A DNA stretch of 64,000 bases from Octopus bimaculoides (GCF_001194135.2 NC_068981.1:52423494-52487493), one strand, 5' to 3'; shown: positions 33,470 to 44,117, counted from the first letter of the stretch. Notes: generated by a model not told the origin, from the letters alone. Numbers and translations: made by a program.

Positions 33470-35560
33470 CAACCCATGCCAGCATGGAAAGCAGATGTAT
33501 GATGATGATATATATCTATCTATCTATATATATATAATTTTATTCATTAATTTCATGCACATTTTTTTTGGTTAATATGGGTAGGGTGGAACTTGTTGAG
33601 ACAGATTTTCTATTGCTAGACATCTCTCCTATTGCCAATCCTCACATATTTTCGAGCAACATAATATTTCCCTGTAGCGAGAGATATTTTCACAGAAGAC
33701 TGGAAACAAATGGCATTACTTCTATCACAGTAACATTCATTTATAAATATCACATGATGTCAATACATGGAAACATTAACTCACACATACAAACATACAA
33801 GGTGGTATCAAAAAGTTCCTGGAGTAGTTCCATAGCATACCAACAAATAGCAGCACATGGTTGTGTGCACAGTGAGAGCTAGCAGTGACCTTTATGAGAC
33901 AGTGTGCCGAGCGACATCACTGTGTTTACTTCACAAGTTATGAAATTTGTGTTTTTGTGATCGTGTGTATGCTGTAGTCTGTGATTTTGTCATGGACAGG
34001 AAGAAAGAGCCAACACGAAATTTTGTGATAAACTTGGAAAGTCTGCTACAGAGACATCGAGCATGCTTCGGCAAGCTTATGGCGACAAGGCAATGGTAAT
34101 GTTTCGAGTGGCACAGGCACTCTAAAAGCAAAAGAACATCCTTAGAAGACAATGAGTGCTCTGGAAGACCTGCCACAAGTGTCACCTCACCTCTGGAAAT
34201 GTGGTATTGTGCATTGAGAATTCATCCCCCAGGGCCAGACCATCAATCGATGTTTTGAAGTGTTTGAGGGAGAACATTTGGTGAAAGCAACTGAATCAGT
34301 GGAATGCAAAGAATTGGATTCACTGAGCTCTCCTCACTTGAGTTTCTTGCCAAAATTAACATAATATTGTTTCTGCACCTGTCCTATTTGCCAGATTTAG
34401 CACCTGTGGACTTTCATTTCTACCCCAAGATGAAAAAACAGCTCAAAGGTCACTGTTGTAACACCGTTGTTGAGATCCGGAGTGAACTGCAGAGGGTCTT
34501 CGACTCACTTATGGAAAACAACTTCCAGGCCAGATTCCAAAAGTGGCAGGAACGCTGGAACCGGTGTATTACTGCACAAGGTGACTATTTCAAAAGAGGT
34601 AATGTTAACACTTAGGTATAAATAAGTTATTTTTCATTAACTAGCCTGGGAACCTTTTGATACTACTTCATATCCATGCTCACACACACACATATACGAT
34701 GGGTTTCTTTCAGTTTCCATCTACCAAATACACTCACAAGGCTTTGGTCAGCCTGGGACAATAGTAGAAGTCACTTGCCCAAAATGTTATGTAGTGGAGC
34801 TGAACCTGAAACCACATGATTGGGAAGCAAACTTATTAAACCACACAGCCATGTCTTTGCAAATTGTGTGCGTGTATTCATGTACAGCTTTCTATCTATC
34901 TATCTATCTTTATATATATATATATTGCTTTCTGTTATTATGCAGAAACATAGTATATGTAGAACAAGAGATATATAGATATATGGATTGCATGTAGTAG
35001 TTTGGCTGACTACCTAGAAGCTCTAAGTTTGTTTGATCAGAACTGAACTGGGACTACACAATGACTACAAAAGCCAGTTCATTGCTTCTGTGAAGAAATA
35101 CACTATAGTAGTAAAGAAAGTTTCCAATTTAGGCACAAAGCCAGCAATTTTGAAGGGAGAAGATTAAAGGAATTAGTTAATTACAGTGACCTCAATACTT
35201 GACTGATACCATATTTTAGTGACCCCTGACAAAAGGCAAAAGTTATCATTGGTTTGATCTCAGAACATAAAGAGCTAGAAAAAATACCATAAGGCATTTT
35301 GCCAATCCACCTTGCTTATAGAATAGATGTAATAATAACTATACACAACTCTTCAATTACCGTGAATGCTGTACTTTTAGTCGCTCATAGTTCTGCCTGT
35401 GTTGTTCAGCTCGTGTATGCTCTTCATTCAGCTGTTTATGTATTTCCGGTTCAAATCCTCTAATAGGCAGACTCTGGCTAAGCCGTGCTGGAACCGGAGG
35501 CAGTGTTGTAACATGACTGGCCATTGAACCAGCTTCACTATCTGTTGTATTTCCAAGCAT
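15086..35560 (-). CDS. CEP83: Centrosomal protein of 83 kDa (CEP83/CCDC41), coiled-coil distal-appendage protein; spliced gene
   Basis: complement join(35361..35560,32586..32961,30482..30730,28514..28760,26142..26286,25557..25706,24128..24491,20960..21060,17002..17173,15086..15229) = 2148 nt, 715 aa plus TGA. All introns are GT-AG and in phase. The long coiled coil has CEP83-like segments as I recall them (EIHKQLNEE..RAEQHRQNYERLK, VVTPQQLELIR, LLYRHNEFRRLV, HRKELHQLKDRLEKLD..QREQLEEL). The start codon is uncertain (see findings). Confidence 0.88.
15350..16000 (-). mobile_element. Possible Penelope-like (GIY-YIG) remnant
   Basis: Degenerate EGIFVPCLICQFTTYV..KIRV resembles the VYxIPCxxCxxxYVG nuclease motif; many stops. 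Confidence 0.3.
17002..17173 (-). CDS. CEP83: CEP83 coding exon 9 (172 nt)
   Basis: ctgtag|A AAC TGG...GAA CAG|gtaagg; NWVSPEEHKKLKLQLQDLLYRHNEFRRLVFS...FEEQ. Confidence 0.9.
17403..19205 (+). mobile_element. RTE LINE, 5'-truncated 1.8 kb copy including RT, 3' UTR and (GAT)n tail
   Basis: QFGF, LYLAFIDMEKAFDRVPR, ELLYAEDLAL, EVVDSFCYLGD, RIRIAWAKFREL and RRLHWYGHV. Frameshifts and stops present. The 3' UTR has 66-nt repeats and ends in GTTAAAC..GATGATGAT. Confidence 0.92.
19445..20720 (-). mobile_element. Near full-length defective mariner (DD34D) transposon, second family
   Basis: TIR TTGGGTTGGCAAGAAAGTAATTTCG at both ends, TA/CA flanks. Motifs WVPDKL, ITGDEKWIVYNN, MLSIWWD, HHDNTRPY and [11 protein letters not shown]; multiple frameshifts. 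Confidence 0.93.
20960..21060 (-). CDS. CEP83: CEP83 coding exon 8 (101 nt)
   Basis: gtttag|TAT AAG...TTT GA|gtaagt; YKKKSLLAIQTLKKKLELKSVKIEELDAMCKIF(E). Confidence 0.88.
21320..22330 (-). mobile_element. RTE LINE 3' fragment with 3' UTR repeat array
   Basis: EKLELVNSFCYLGD...RIRIAWAKFRELLPLL; four repeat units at 21500-21720; (CAT)n tail at 21320. Confidence 0.88.
23350..23560 (-). mobile_element. RTE RT fragment
   Basis: Degenerate EFDRV..., IDEWLVKAMQAIYKDA. Confidence 0.6.
23790..24066 (+). mobile_element. RTE 3' end insertion about 60 nt from a CEP83 donor
   Basis: Conserved 3' end and GATGAT tail. Confidence 0.75.
24128..24491 (-). CDS. CEP83: CEP83 coding exon 7 (364 nt)
   Basis: tttaag|G GCT AAA...GAA AAA|gtaagt; AKVDHERSVKEELEQE...FERLSAAASIHEK. 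Confidence 0.9.
24700..25116 (-). mobile_element. SINE family C copy
   Basis: Colinear with 31438-31840. Confidence 0.75.
25557..25706 (-). CDS. CEP83: CEP83 coding exon 6 (150 nt)
   Basis: aaaaag|G CTT GAA...CTA AA|gtaact; LELEAQLQELQRQ..WQAEKDCLEDKIK...KELLIL(K). Confidence 0.9.
25878..26094 (+). mobile_element. piggyBac-like MITE, second family
   Basis: CCCTTTAGCATT ... AATGCTAAAGGG TIR with degenerate TTAA flanks. Related copies at about 23095-23310 (-), 31170-31380 (-) and 32125-32180 (+, partial). Confidence 0.75.
26142..26286 (-). CDS. CEP83: CEP83 coding exon 5 (145 nt)
   Basis: tttcag|AT TTA...GAA AA|gtgaga; (D)LKVQLDVSEQ...RQVQLAKEKEIQKLNEVENE(K). Confidence 0.9.
26798..27866 (+). 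mobile_element. 5'-truncated defective mariner, third family
   Basis: Motifs AKFVPHLLT, IITSDESWVYG, LHDDNAP and [11 protein letters not shown]. Right TIR GGAACTTTTTGGTACCACTTCG. Homologous to 33798-34670. Confidence 0.88.
28105..28450 (-). mobile_element. SINE family A copy
   Basis: Reverse-complement similarity to 13523-13910. Confidence 0.8.
28514..28760 (-). CDS. CEP83: CEP83 coding exon 4 (247 nt)
   Basis: ttttag|GTT GAA...GAA G|gtatct; VEKEMLTKEIQK...DVQRERDKLQNTIE. Confidence 0.9.
30482..30730 (-). CDS. CEP83: CEP83 coding exon 3 (249 nt)
   Basis: taaaag|GTG AAC...ATT GAA|gtaagt; VNNVRAEKDRLLAQ...NANLKKIE. Confidence 0.9.
30826..30969. repeat. Minisatellite: 16-bp unit GAGGATATCTAACTGT x7 with a 15-bp spacer GAGTTATTGAAACAA x2
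   Basis: Spacer 30826-30840, six units 30841-30935 (one is 15 nt), spacer 30936-30950, one unit 30951-30966. Confidence 0.95.
30986..31148 (+). mobile_element. RTE terminal 160-nt insertion
   Basis: CTACACTCTCGGAGTGGTTGGCGTTAGGAAGGGC...GACGTTAAACGACGATGATGATG. Confidence 0.85.
31170..31380 (-). mobile_element. piggyBac-like MITE copy (family of 25878-26094)
   Basis: Reverse-complement similarity to 25878-26094; ends tcctttagcatt / aatgctaaggg. Confidence 0.65.
31438..31840 (-). mobile_element. tRNA-derived SINE family C (family A head plus RTE-like (GAT)n tail)
   Basis: Head identical in type to family A; a different body ends in TTAAA(CGA)TGATGAT. Other copies at 4732-5090 and 24700-25116 (-), and a split copy at 33545-33795 plus 34673-34860. 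Confidence 0.8.
32180..32480 (+). mobile_element. RTE 3' end insertion
   Basis: Degenerate repeat units plus the conserved end. Confidence 0.7.
32586..32961 (-). CDS. CEP83: CEP83 coding exon 2 (376 nt)
   Basis: gaacag|A TTA CAA...GCA GAG|gtgatg; LQEEVAKIQNEC...VVTPQQLELIRLE...RKKLEAE. Confidence 0.9.
33071..33110 (-). ncRNA. Degenerate hammerhead-ribozyme-like motif (probably inactive)
   Basis: CCTGTTT-CTGATGA-AGG(N7)CCT-AAAAAA-TC-AAAGG. Confidence 0.3.
33250..33510 (+). mobile_element. RTE 3' end, followed by (TA)n and a second copy of the last 40 nt
   Basis: Conserved end at 33250-33430, then CCAACCCATGCCAGCATGGAAAGCAGATG..GATGATGAT again at 33468-33510. Confidence 0.8.
33798..34670 (+). 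mobile_element. Internally deleted mariner (same family as 26798-27866) with both TIRs
   Basis: TA-CAAGGTGGTATCAAAAAGTTCC ... GGAACCTTTTGATACTACTTCA-TA; YLPDLAPVDFHFYPKMK. Confidence 0.9.
35140..35320 (-). mobile_element. SINE family B degenerate copy
   Basis: TTGACTGATACC..TTTTAGTGACCCC..AAAGGCAAAAGT..TCAGAAC. Similar at about 36560-36650, 42985-43130 and 61560-61730. Confidence 0.55.
35361..35560 (-). CDS. CEP83: CEP83 coding exon 1 (from ATG at 35560; acceptor at 35582)
   Basis: ctacag|AATATTGG..ATG CTT GGA...TCA CG|gtaatt; MLGNTTDSEAGSMASHVTTLPPVPARLSQSLPIRGFEPEIHKQLNEEHTRAEQHRQNYERLKVQHS(R). Confidence 0.88.
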
Positions 35561-37344
35561 GGAAGAGGATTTATCCAATATTCTGTAGAAATTGAAAAGA
35601 AAGAAAAACTTTTTTTTAATAATTATCAAAAGCAGCTATCATATATATTCAATTTTATAGTGTTGAGTAAATGAGTGATAAATCTTGTCCTGGACAGGAC
35701 ACGAGTGCATCGCAAGTAATATTCCTCTATGATCTTGTACTTATTTCTGACAGCAAAGTAAACTTGGAATGATGTAAAAAGGCATTCCAGCCAGTGGTTT
35801 TGAACTCATGATCTATGAAAAGATAATCTAATACCTTTTCTTCTCAGCTAACCTGCCTCAAAAACTAAATGGATCACATCCTATCGAAAGCCAACAAGAC
35901 AATTATTAATAAAAGAAAGTTCCAAAATACTTTCCAACAAATATTGAGGACTTATGAACATTAATATGCTGTTTCAATTAACAAAACTTACTTTGTTTCT
36001 CATCTTCCAAGCATTCTGTCAAATATTTTCATCAATTTTTGCGCAGGAAATTTTTTTCTTTTTATGTTTAAATTAGGACATGTCCTTTTTAAAATAATAT
36101 AATTCTTTAAAAAAATTATTGCATTTGAACTTTTCTATATCATTTAAGATTACTGTAAGAAAATATCTACATTTTACATCTATAAGCACAACTCACTGAA
36201 ACAATACAGTTCAGTACCATCATAAATCATTTTTCATATCTCTGTCTGATAGAGGGTTCTTTCAGAAAACCAATTTATTCTATCTTTTAGGAAAATTCAT
36301 TGAAAGACTACAATTAAAAGACCTGTAATTTTTTTTTTTTGCATCACAAATATGTTAAATTAGTGTAAATTTTCACATTTTACTTGTATCTTATTCCTTT
36401 CATTTCACAAGCTTTAACTCCTAATGAAGTCACAAGGGTGCTATTATAAAATATGGTGTTTTAGGTTCAGCAACTTAAACTTGATAGAGCCCTTCCCTAA
36501 GCAGGTCTGAACACAGCCAATTTCTTATTGAGAAGAGATAGAAAAAGAATACATGACCCTAGTACTGGATTGGTACTTTATTTAATGACCCTGAAAGAAT
36601 AAAAGGCAGAATTAAACCTCAACAGGATTTGAACTTAAAGTATAAAAGTGAAACAATCTGTTGTCAGTCAGATAAACTAAGGCAAACATGTATGCCATGT
36701 CTAGAAGTACAACATAATGAACCCTTGGCTATAAGGTCAGTTATAAAGTGGCTTAAACAAACAATAACTGTGACTCAGATATGTTAAGTTACTAATTGCT
36801 TTAGCACTAACAAGGCAAAATAGATTTTGATTGGTCAAAAGTAAGCCAATCAATATAGGTTTAAAAAGCTGTGTATCAATGATATAGCAGTACTTTTCCA
36901 GTTAATCAATATATTGATATTTTTGCAATACAGAATTAACTCCGCTTGAAGGCAAATTTATTTTTTCCCTTTTTACTAATGGATGATATTTGTAACTACG
37001 TCGACCAAACATTAACTATATAAACTAGATTTTGATTGATTGAGAAATTTTTTCCAATATTCTTTTGAAGTATTTTTTTAATATTAAAACAAAATAGTTG
37101 CATTATACACCTAAAACTGGTTTTACCAGATTACACAATGGTAGATTAATTTTTCACTCTTTTTTGTCTTAATTTGGTTATTAAATATTCAAAACCTTTT
37201 CCTATAAACAATTCATTCAATTTTATATTTTAATATGCAGCTAAACTTCTATTTAATTCTCTTCAATGGGCAATAGTTAAGAAGTTCACTTTGCAACCAT
37301 GTGGTTTCAGGTTCAGTCCCATTATACGACACCTTAGGCATCCT

Positions 37345-37890
37345 GTTGAACCAAGAATGATCTGGTTCTTCTACCAGGACCAGTTGCACAACACCCAGAA
37401 TAACAGGTGGCTTGCCTACAATCCATGTAATGTCCTACATCTTACGAAAACCAAGTTCCCTCAAACTTTGATGATATGTGTGTGTGTCTCCAGTGAGGGT
37501 GATACCATGCCGCCAAGGCCTTGAGATCAATTCAGACAGCTATGTGAGGCTGTTAGAGACTGGTCAAACCTTGGTTGGAGAGAGTTGCTGCTGGAAGGCC
37601 ATATGTGTGGAAAAAGTCAGATGTAGTTATTGAAGAATTTTTATGACTTCACCAGCTGCAATTTTTGGTCTCCAAATTCCCCCAATTGAAATTCCATGGA
37701 TTACTATGTGTAGGGCACAGTTGAGAAAGACACCAACTGCTCTGCTTGCAACACCAAGGCCAAGCTGGTGGCCATTTAAGGAGGTATTCAAAGATCTTCT
37801 CAGGAAGACAGTGAGAAATGTATGTGCCAGGCTCCAGAGCTGTCTTTGTACTGTGGTAGAAGCTGAGAATGGCTACTTTGAGTAAACTGT
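37345..37890 (+). mobile_element. Tc1/mariner (DD37D/maT-like) transposase remnant
   Basis: Degenerate NTQNNRWLA..KTKFPQTLM...VSSEG, FWSPNSPN*NSMDYYV*G and VVEAENGYFE; no TIRs recognised. Confidence 0.65.
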
Positions 37891-38260
37891 TATCACCCAG
37901 CCACAATCTAGTTGATATTTTTCAACTTTTTAAAATACTTTTATTTTTTGAATGGGATATTGTGCTTTCTTTTCCTTTTATGCATACCGTCAAATTTAGC
38001 CTGAACACCTTGTATTTTGTTGACTCCAGAAGAAAAAGCAGAGTCAACTGCAGTAGAATTTAAAAGGATGTAACAAAATAGTAGATGTCATTCAGTTCCA
38101 TACTCTACTGTTTCTACAACTCCACAATCCATTAGCAGGCTCATCAATTTTTGTTTTTTGTTTTAAAATCTTCCTTGATTGTTCAGAGGTCTTCAGAAGA
38201 GGTGATAAATGGCAATTTCTTTTCAGATGAATACCATTTGATGGAGGATAGGGTGAAGAA

Positions 38261-38561
38261 TTTACTCTTTTACTTGTTTCAGTCATTTGACTGCGGCCAT
38301 GCTGGAGCACCGCCTTTAGTCGCGCAAATCGACCCCAGGACTTATTCTTTGTAAGCCTGGTACTTATTCTATCGGTCTCTTTTACCGAACCGCTAAGTTA
38401 CGGGGACGTAAACACACCACCATCGGTTGTCAAGCGATGGTAGAGGGGGACAAACACAGACTATAGTAGCAGACACTTCCCCAAGGTGCCACGCAGTGGG
38501 AATGAACCCGGAACCATGTGGTTGGTAAGCAAGCTACTTACCACACAGCCACTCCTGCACC
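38261..38561 (-). mobile_element. Young SINE family A copy lacking the central linker
   Basis: Very close reverse complement of 13523-13910, with the microsatellite linker region deleted at about 38460. Confidence 0.88.
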
Positions 38562-38809
38562 TAGGAAATTTTACAATGATATCATGAAAAAAGGGCACCT
38601 GGAGCTTGGGATGTTTCTCTATCATTTTTCTTTTGCCATTAAGATGATACTTAGGATTGTGGAGCCTGGTTGATCATGAGGTATTTCTTTTGTGATATAT
38701 CTTCAATTTTGCATGATAATATACACAGAACAATACTAACTCCACATCACCAGTAGTCTTTGAAATTAATACTTTATTTCCGTTATAGTTAACATCCCTT
38801 CAGTGGATA

Positions 38810-39462
38810 ATTTCTGCTACCTAGGAGACCTAATTAGGAGGAGGATACACAGAAAGTAGAATAAGAATAGGATGGAGAAAAGTCAGTGAACTTTTACCTC
38901 TGTTGGCAACAAAGGGTCTCTCTCTCTCTCCGAGTGAAAGGAAGATTGTCCGAGGCATGTATATGACCAGCAATTCTACATGGTAGTGAAACATGGGTCC
39001 TGAATGTAGAGGACATGTGAAAACTAGAGGGGATTGAAGCTAGTATGTTCCATTTGGTGTGCAATGTAAGTGTACATGTGCAACAGCATACTAGTGTGTT
39101 AAAAGAAAAGTTAGGTATAAGAGGAATTAGATGCAACGTGCAAGAGAAAAGATTACACTGGTTTAGTTGTGTGATACAGATGGATATAGACAGAAGCTTC
39201 TATGTTGGTGACACAATAGCACTTATGTTGGTGCCACGTAAAAGCACCTGTGCTGGGGCCACTTAAAAGCACCTGTGCTGGGGCTACATAAAAGGCATCC
39301 AGCACATTCTGTAAAGTGGTTGATGTTAGGAAGGGCTTCCAGCTGTAGAAACCAAATCAAATCAGACTGTAACCTGGTGCAGCTCTCCTGCTTGTCAGCT
39401 CTGGTCAAACCATCCATCCCATGCCAGCATGGAAAATGGACATTAAACGATGATGATGATGA
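38810..39462 (+). mobile_element. RTE LINE 3' fragment with tail
   Basis: [29 protein letters not shown], then the conserved 3' end and (GAT)n. Confidence 0.85.
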
Positions 39463-39734
39463 TAACTTATTTCCCCCTTTTTATGAGCATACAAATTCAG
39501 TACCACGAATCTCCATAACAGCAAGTGAATGCAATGATGGAAACAGTGTGTGTGTATATTTGTATCCTGCATTACTTAACATCTTTTTTATAGCAGATTT
39601 ATCCTAATCAAACCCTGAAAACAAAAATAAGTTTCTGCAGCCTAATCAATTTTGCACACCACATGATAATTTCTAACCAATGAAGCTGACTGCCATCAAA
39701 TTGTCAAATTCTAGGCTAAAAAAAATTGACTCAC

Positions 39735-39770
39735 CTATTAGCTTCAGTGTATAGCATGTTTATTTTTATC
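39735..39770 (-). other. CEP83: Candidate CEP83 upstream mini-exon with in-frame ATG (MLYTEAN-R)
   Basis: ctgacag|GATAAAAATAAAC ATG CTA TAC ACT GAA GCT AAT AG|gtgagt. The donor is perfect and its phase 2 matches the acceptor at 35582. The polypyrimidine tract is weak. Confidence 0.4.
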
Positions 39771-40299
39771 CTGTCAGTGATCAGACACCTTTTGGTACTT
39801 TCTATTAGAGATTCAGCTACTGTTGAGAGTCTACTTTAATCAATGAATACGAATGGCATCTCATTTCTTGAGTTGTTCCTCAGTGGGAAGAATACTTGCT
39901 GATTACAGCACTCTTACCACTTGTATGAATGCTTCTTTATTTCTAAAAGTTTTGAGAACTTTTTCAGTACATGTTTGATGACATATATTTCACTTGCATG
40001 CATTTATGTATTTTGAATTCTGTCTTATTTTCACATGTCAAAACATTATGACAGTTGATTACAATATCAATAAATCATTATGCTATAATTTTTATTTTCA
40101 CTTATTTCTTTAAAAAAATATTAAAATTTTGACAAATATTCTACCTTTACTCCAAGTAATATGTTTTTAATCATTTTGTCTTTTGGCCACTTTGTTATTC
40201 TATGAATAACTTTCTACAATTATGTCTTTGTACTAATATGTCTTTAAATTAACTTATATTTTAGTTAATATGTTTTCTCCTAGGCTTGGCCTGAATGAT

Positions 40300-41130
40300 G
40301 ACACTACAAAACATTGGATATGTTCACATATTTGGGAAAATACAGGAAAGTACTGCAACACATACAAACATTACAGACTACTATAAAGGCAATTTGGCTG
40401 ATTCACAAAGACTCACTCAACAACTGTCTATAACTTCTCACATACAGACATGCTGTTCCTTCAATCTTCCTCTGCCACTACAATTGCAATGATATTTATT
40501 CCTTTGAATTATTAATCTACATACACCTTCACTGCAACCCACTTGAGGCAAAAATCTCTTGTGGTGTCTACAGTGTTCCACTTACAAGACTCTACACAGA
40601 TTTTCCTATTATTCCAGAGTTGAATTACTCGAGAACTAGCACTCTATGTATGCAGCTGTTGTGATTTTTTTTCTCTTTCACTTACTGGATCTGGAAGAGG
40701 CAGTGCCCAAGTCTTTGCAGGTGTTCCAAGATCAGGGAGATCAATGCCATTAATGTTCCTCTTGAATCTTTGTAAGTCAAAACCTACAGAAGCAGGGAGG
40801 GAATTCCAGAGGACTAATCTTCTAAGAAGGAAGCGCAGAGGCTAGTGATTAATGTGGAGCTTGTTCGAGTGGGGTGGGGAGCAGTTGAACAAAGAAGAAG
40901 AATAGAGACATTGGGTTTGGAGTGCCTGAGTAGGGGTGGAACAAGTCCAGACAAAGGCCATTACAGTAGTGACAGAAAAGGCAGGAGGAGGAGGGCCAAA
41001 AGCTGCAGCATACCTGTGACTTCAGACCAATCAGCTGAGTGACCCTTTCCTGGACGCAGTCTAAGATATCTATGTGAGTAGCAGCACCATCCCAGATGTG
41101 AATGCAGTACTCCATTGTGGGTCTCACCCG
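40300..41130. mobile_element. Two oppositely oriented CR1/L2-like LINE 3' fragments
   Basis: Minus strand 40745-41130: VRPTMEYCIHIWDGA..ILDCVQERVTQLIG...FCHYCNGLC. The plus-strand piece 40300-40650 shows the same thumb region in more degenerate form. Confidence 0.6.
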
Positions 41131-42789
41131 AGCTTTATTGTGTCAATTTATTGTTGGGGGCTGAATTATCTTCTGGCTCCGAAGAAAGGAAACAGTCATC
41201 AAAATATGGTCCTACCTATCTTAAGACTGTGCATTAGTCTGAAGATATCCTCGTTAATGAGTGAGACAAAAATTAGAGCGATCTAGACCCAAAGCATTTC
41301 AACTGTCGCCATCTCAATACTTAATGATTCCTTATTTAAAACATTAAATGTTGAACGGCCAAGTAGGAGGGGTTTTTTTCTTCTTTTTTTTTTTTTACAA
41401 GAGTTGAATTACAGAAATTCCAACTGAAGGTCAACTGCATCGCTTCAAAAGCCTGTTAATCTTCTAGGGAAAGACTACATATATAAAACAAGGATATCGT
41501 CTATTAAATCAAAATAAACACAAAATGGGTATATATTTTATCGAAAATGTCGGCTTTAATAGGATTTTAACTCAGAAGGTAGGCGCCAGATATGAACATT
41601 GTAAGGTGGCCATCAACTTAATTATTATAATGATATCATATTGCCGGTTCTATGATTGGTAAATACATCTTAAAAAAACAGGCAATACAAAACGCCCGCA
41701 ACAATAACAAATCAGATTGTTTATAGATTTATTGGAAAATTTTAATTTCTTGCTCAAAGACAAAATGAAATGTCTGAATGGATATAAAATACTGTAACTC
41801 AAACTAAAATTATCTCCAAAACACTAAAATGTAATTGAAGAATCAATAAACTGACCGTTTTTCACATTTCAGCTTCTATGACATAACGGTTCATCACTTC
41901 TATTGCATCACGAAAATGAGTTATGTGACGTCTATGATAATGTAAATATTATCATCACTACCACAGAAAAAAGCTTAAGGTGAAAAAGTTTGATTAAATG
42001 GCTTAAGTCAACGAATATTTCTTAAGAATATCAACTGAAAAGTTCTGGACGCAATAAATATTTGAAAATACCATTTAAAAATAAATTTTAATTCTTTGTT
42101 CATGAAAATCAGAAAAAAATTCCTAAATAAAGATTCTGAGTTTCATTTGAATTAATGTTTATTGAGACACCTATAAAGTGTGTGTGTGTGTGTGTACATA
42201 TATATATATATATATAGTGTGTGTGTATATATATATAGCGTGTGTGTGTTATGTTTGTTTATAGTAATGACAGATGTATCTCTGTAAAACCAAATCTGCG
42301 ACACGGTTTCAATGCTCGGTTTTAGCTACTTCAGTTAGGATATGGCCACAACTAAGGTTAAATTAAAAGAAAATTATTTCAATTTAAAAATATATCCACC
42401 GGTTCACTACAGCAATGAATATATACCTTCTATAGCAACAATTTTGGAGGGTTGTACACCGCACTCATCCAACAAATATACTGATGGAAGTATGTACAAT
42501 ACGGCAAGTGTCTAGAGAAACATTAACCGGGTATGTCTGACAGCAACTTAAAGTGTCGAGAGAATGCAATCAAACAAGGTTTCGCAGCAAAAACGTACTG
42601 CAGTTTTAAACTATTTCGTCTAAATATATTGCTTATATATTATATATACAGACGAAGGACTAACATTGAGTCCATCAAACAAACAATTTACACAACAATT
42701 ACATACATATATCTTGGGTTGTAATTTATACACCCAAATCTTCGTTTTTGATAATCAAGTAAAGAATAACAATAAAAGGTCACACTTAC

Positions 42790-42890
42790 GGACATATAAA
42801 AGGAGAGAAAGCTTGGAATGTTATTAAAACCGAAAGACAACATGCCGTAGCACGCTTAAATTTTGAATCTCAACAACAAACAAGTCTACG
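42790..42890 (-). other. CEP83: Probable first (5' UTR) exon of CEP83
   Basis: Strong donor TCC|gtaagtg at 42790/42789, in a locally CpG-richer stretch. The 5' end is approximate. Confidence 0.55.
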
Positions 42891-42898
42891 CATGCGTA
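42887..42898. promoter_or_regulatory. Palindromic NRF-1-like element TACGCATGCGTA at the probable CEP83 TSS
   Basis: 12-bp palindrome with a CGCATGCG core, directly upstream of the probable first exon. Confidence 0.4.
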
Positions 42899-44036
42899 TT
42901 TGGTGACAGCATGCAAAGCACTGAATAGTTTCGGTCCGGGTACTTTTCTAACGAGATCTTCAATAATTCCATTCTTATCTAGAATGAAAATTAGGAACCC
43001 AATACTTGACTAATATTTTATTTTATTGGTCCTAGAAGTATAAAAGGTAAAGTTCACATCGATAGGATTTGAACTCAGAATGCCAAGTGTCTGGTACTTA
43101 GTTACGATGCTCTAACGATTCTACCTGCCAAATTTGATTCCCATCCCACCTAATCCTCTTATATAATATTTTTTATCCATGCGCGGTTCGAAATAATGGG
43201 TTTAATCAGAACAAGATGTAAAGAATTAACTTTCACTTTAGCAATGGACATATCTCGCTCTGTGGCCCCACTCACTGCAGGCCCCTCCAGTTCCTCTCAC
43301 CATCACTTGCTATCTCTAAATATGTCCCCTCACACTCCCCATATGGTACATCTCCTAATTTTTATGAGGTCTGAGTTCAGTGAATTTGAAAACATTAATT
43401 TGCTTTTCCAAAAACGAATGTTGGATCACTGTAACATCTTAGCTGAACTGTGCAGTTTTGCATTGTCTATACTTTACAAGAAATTTATATATACAATATA
43501 TGATTCTTGAAATAAAATGAAACTGAATCACAGTACCACACAAACAGATCCCTGAATCAGAGGGTTGTCACTGGAGTGGTGCAAAGGTGTCCTCTGCTAA
43601 GAATAGGGAATCGCCAACAAATGGTGGATGCAGTAACATGCTGTTACAGCACATGCCCCCATACTACTACTACTACAACAGTACCACTTACATGAAGAAA
43701 ATTTACTTTTGATATGAGTTCTCTAGCCATTCACCCAGCAAAATTTCATTAAAAAAATTCCCAACAAACACTACAAAAACAATGCCTAAGTTTTTTTGAG
43801 ATGAGCATGCAAAGAACTTTCTAGCCATCTACCTAGAAATATTGAAACTCTTCAAAAGATTAAAAGGTTTCCTCCCAAGAGTTTGATGTAGTCATATTCA
43901 CCCATCTTTTGTAGCTCTCTCTTTAGCTTTGGTTGATCAATAATCTAAAATTGCAGAAATAGAGAACCAATAGTTCAAACTGTTTATACTTGTTTGGAAA
44001 AGTATATTTCCTGAGGGAATTCCTTTTAATGGGTTA

Positions 44037-44117
44037 GGAACACTTAAAGATGCAGCTTATGTAGAAACACTTAAAGATGCAGCTGGTGTAGAAGCACTAA
44101 AAGATGCAGCTGGTGTA
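44037..44117. repeat. 27-bp tandem repeat x3
   Basis: GAAACACTTAAAGATGCAGCTGGTGTA consensus. Confidence 0.9.

Noticed and set aside
36827-36853. Inverted CCAAT pair (TTGATTGG-N11-CCAATCAA) as an internal promoter
   Set aside because: Short motif with no nearby exon or TSS evidence; plausible by chance.
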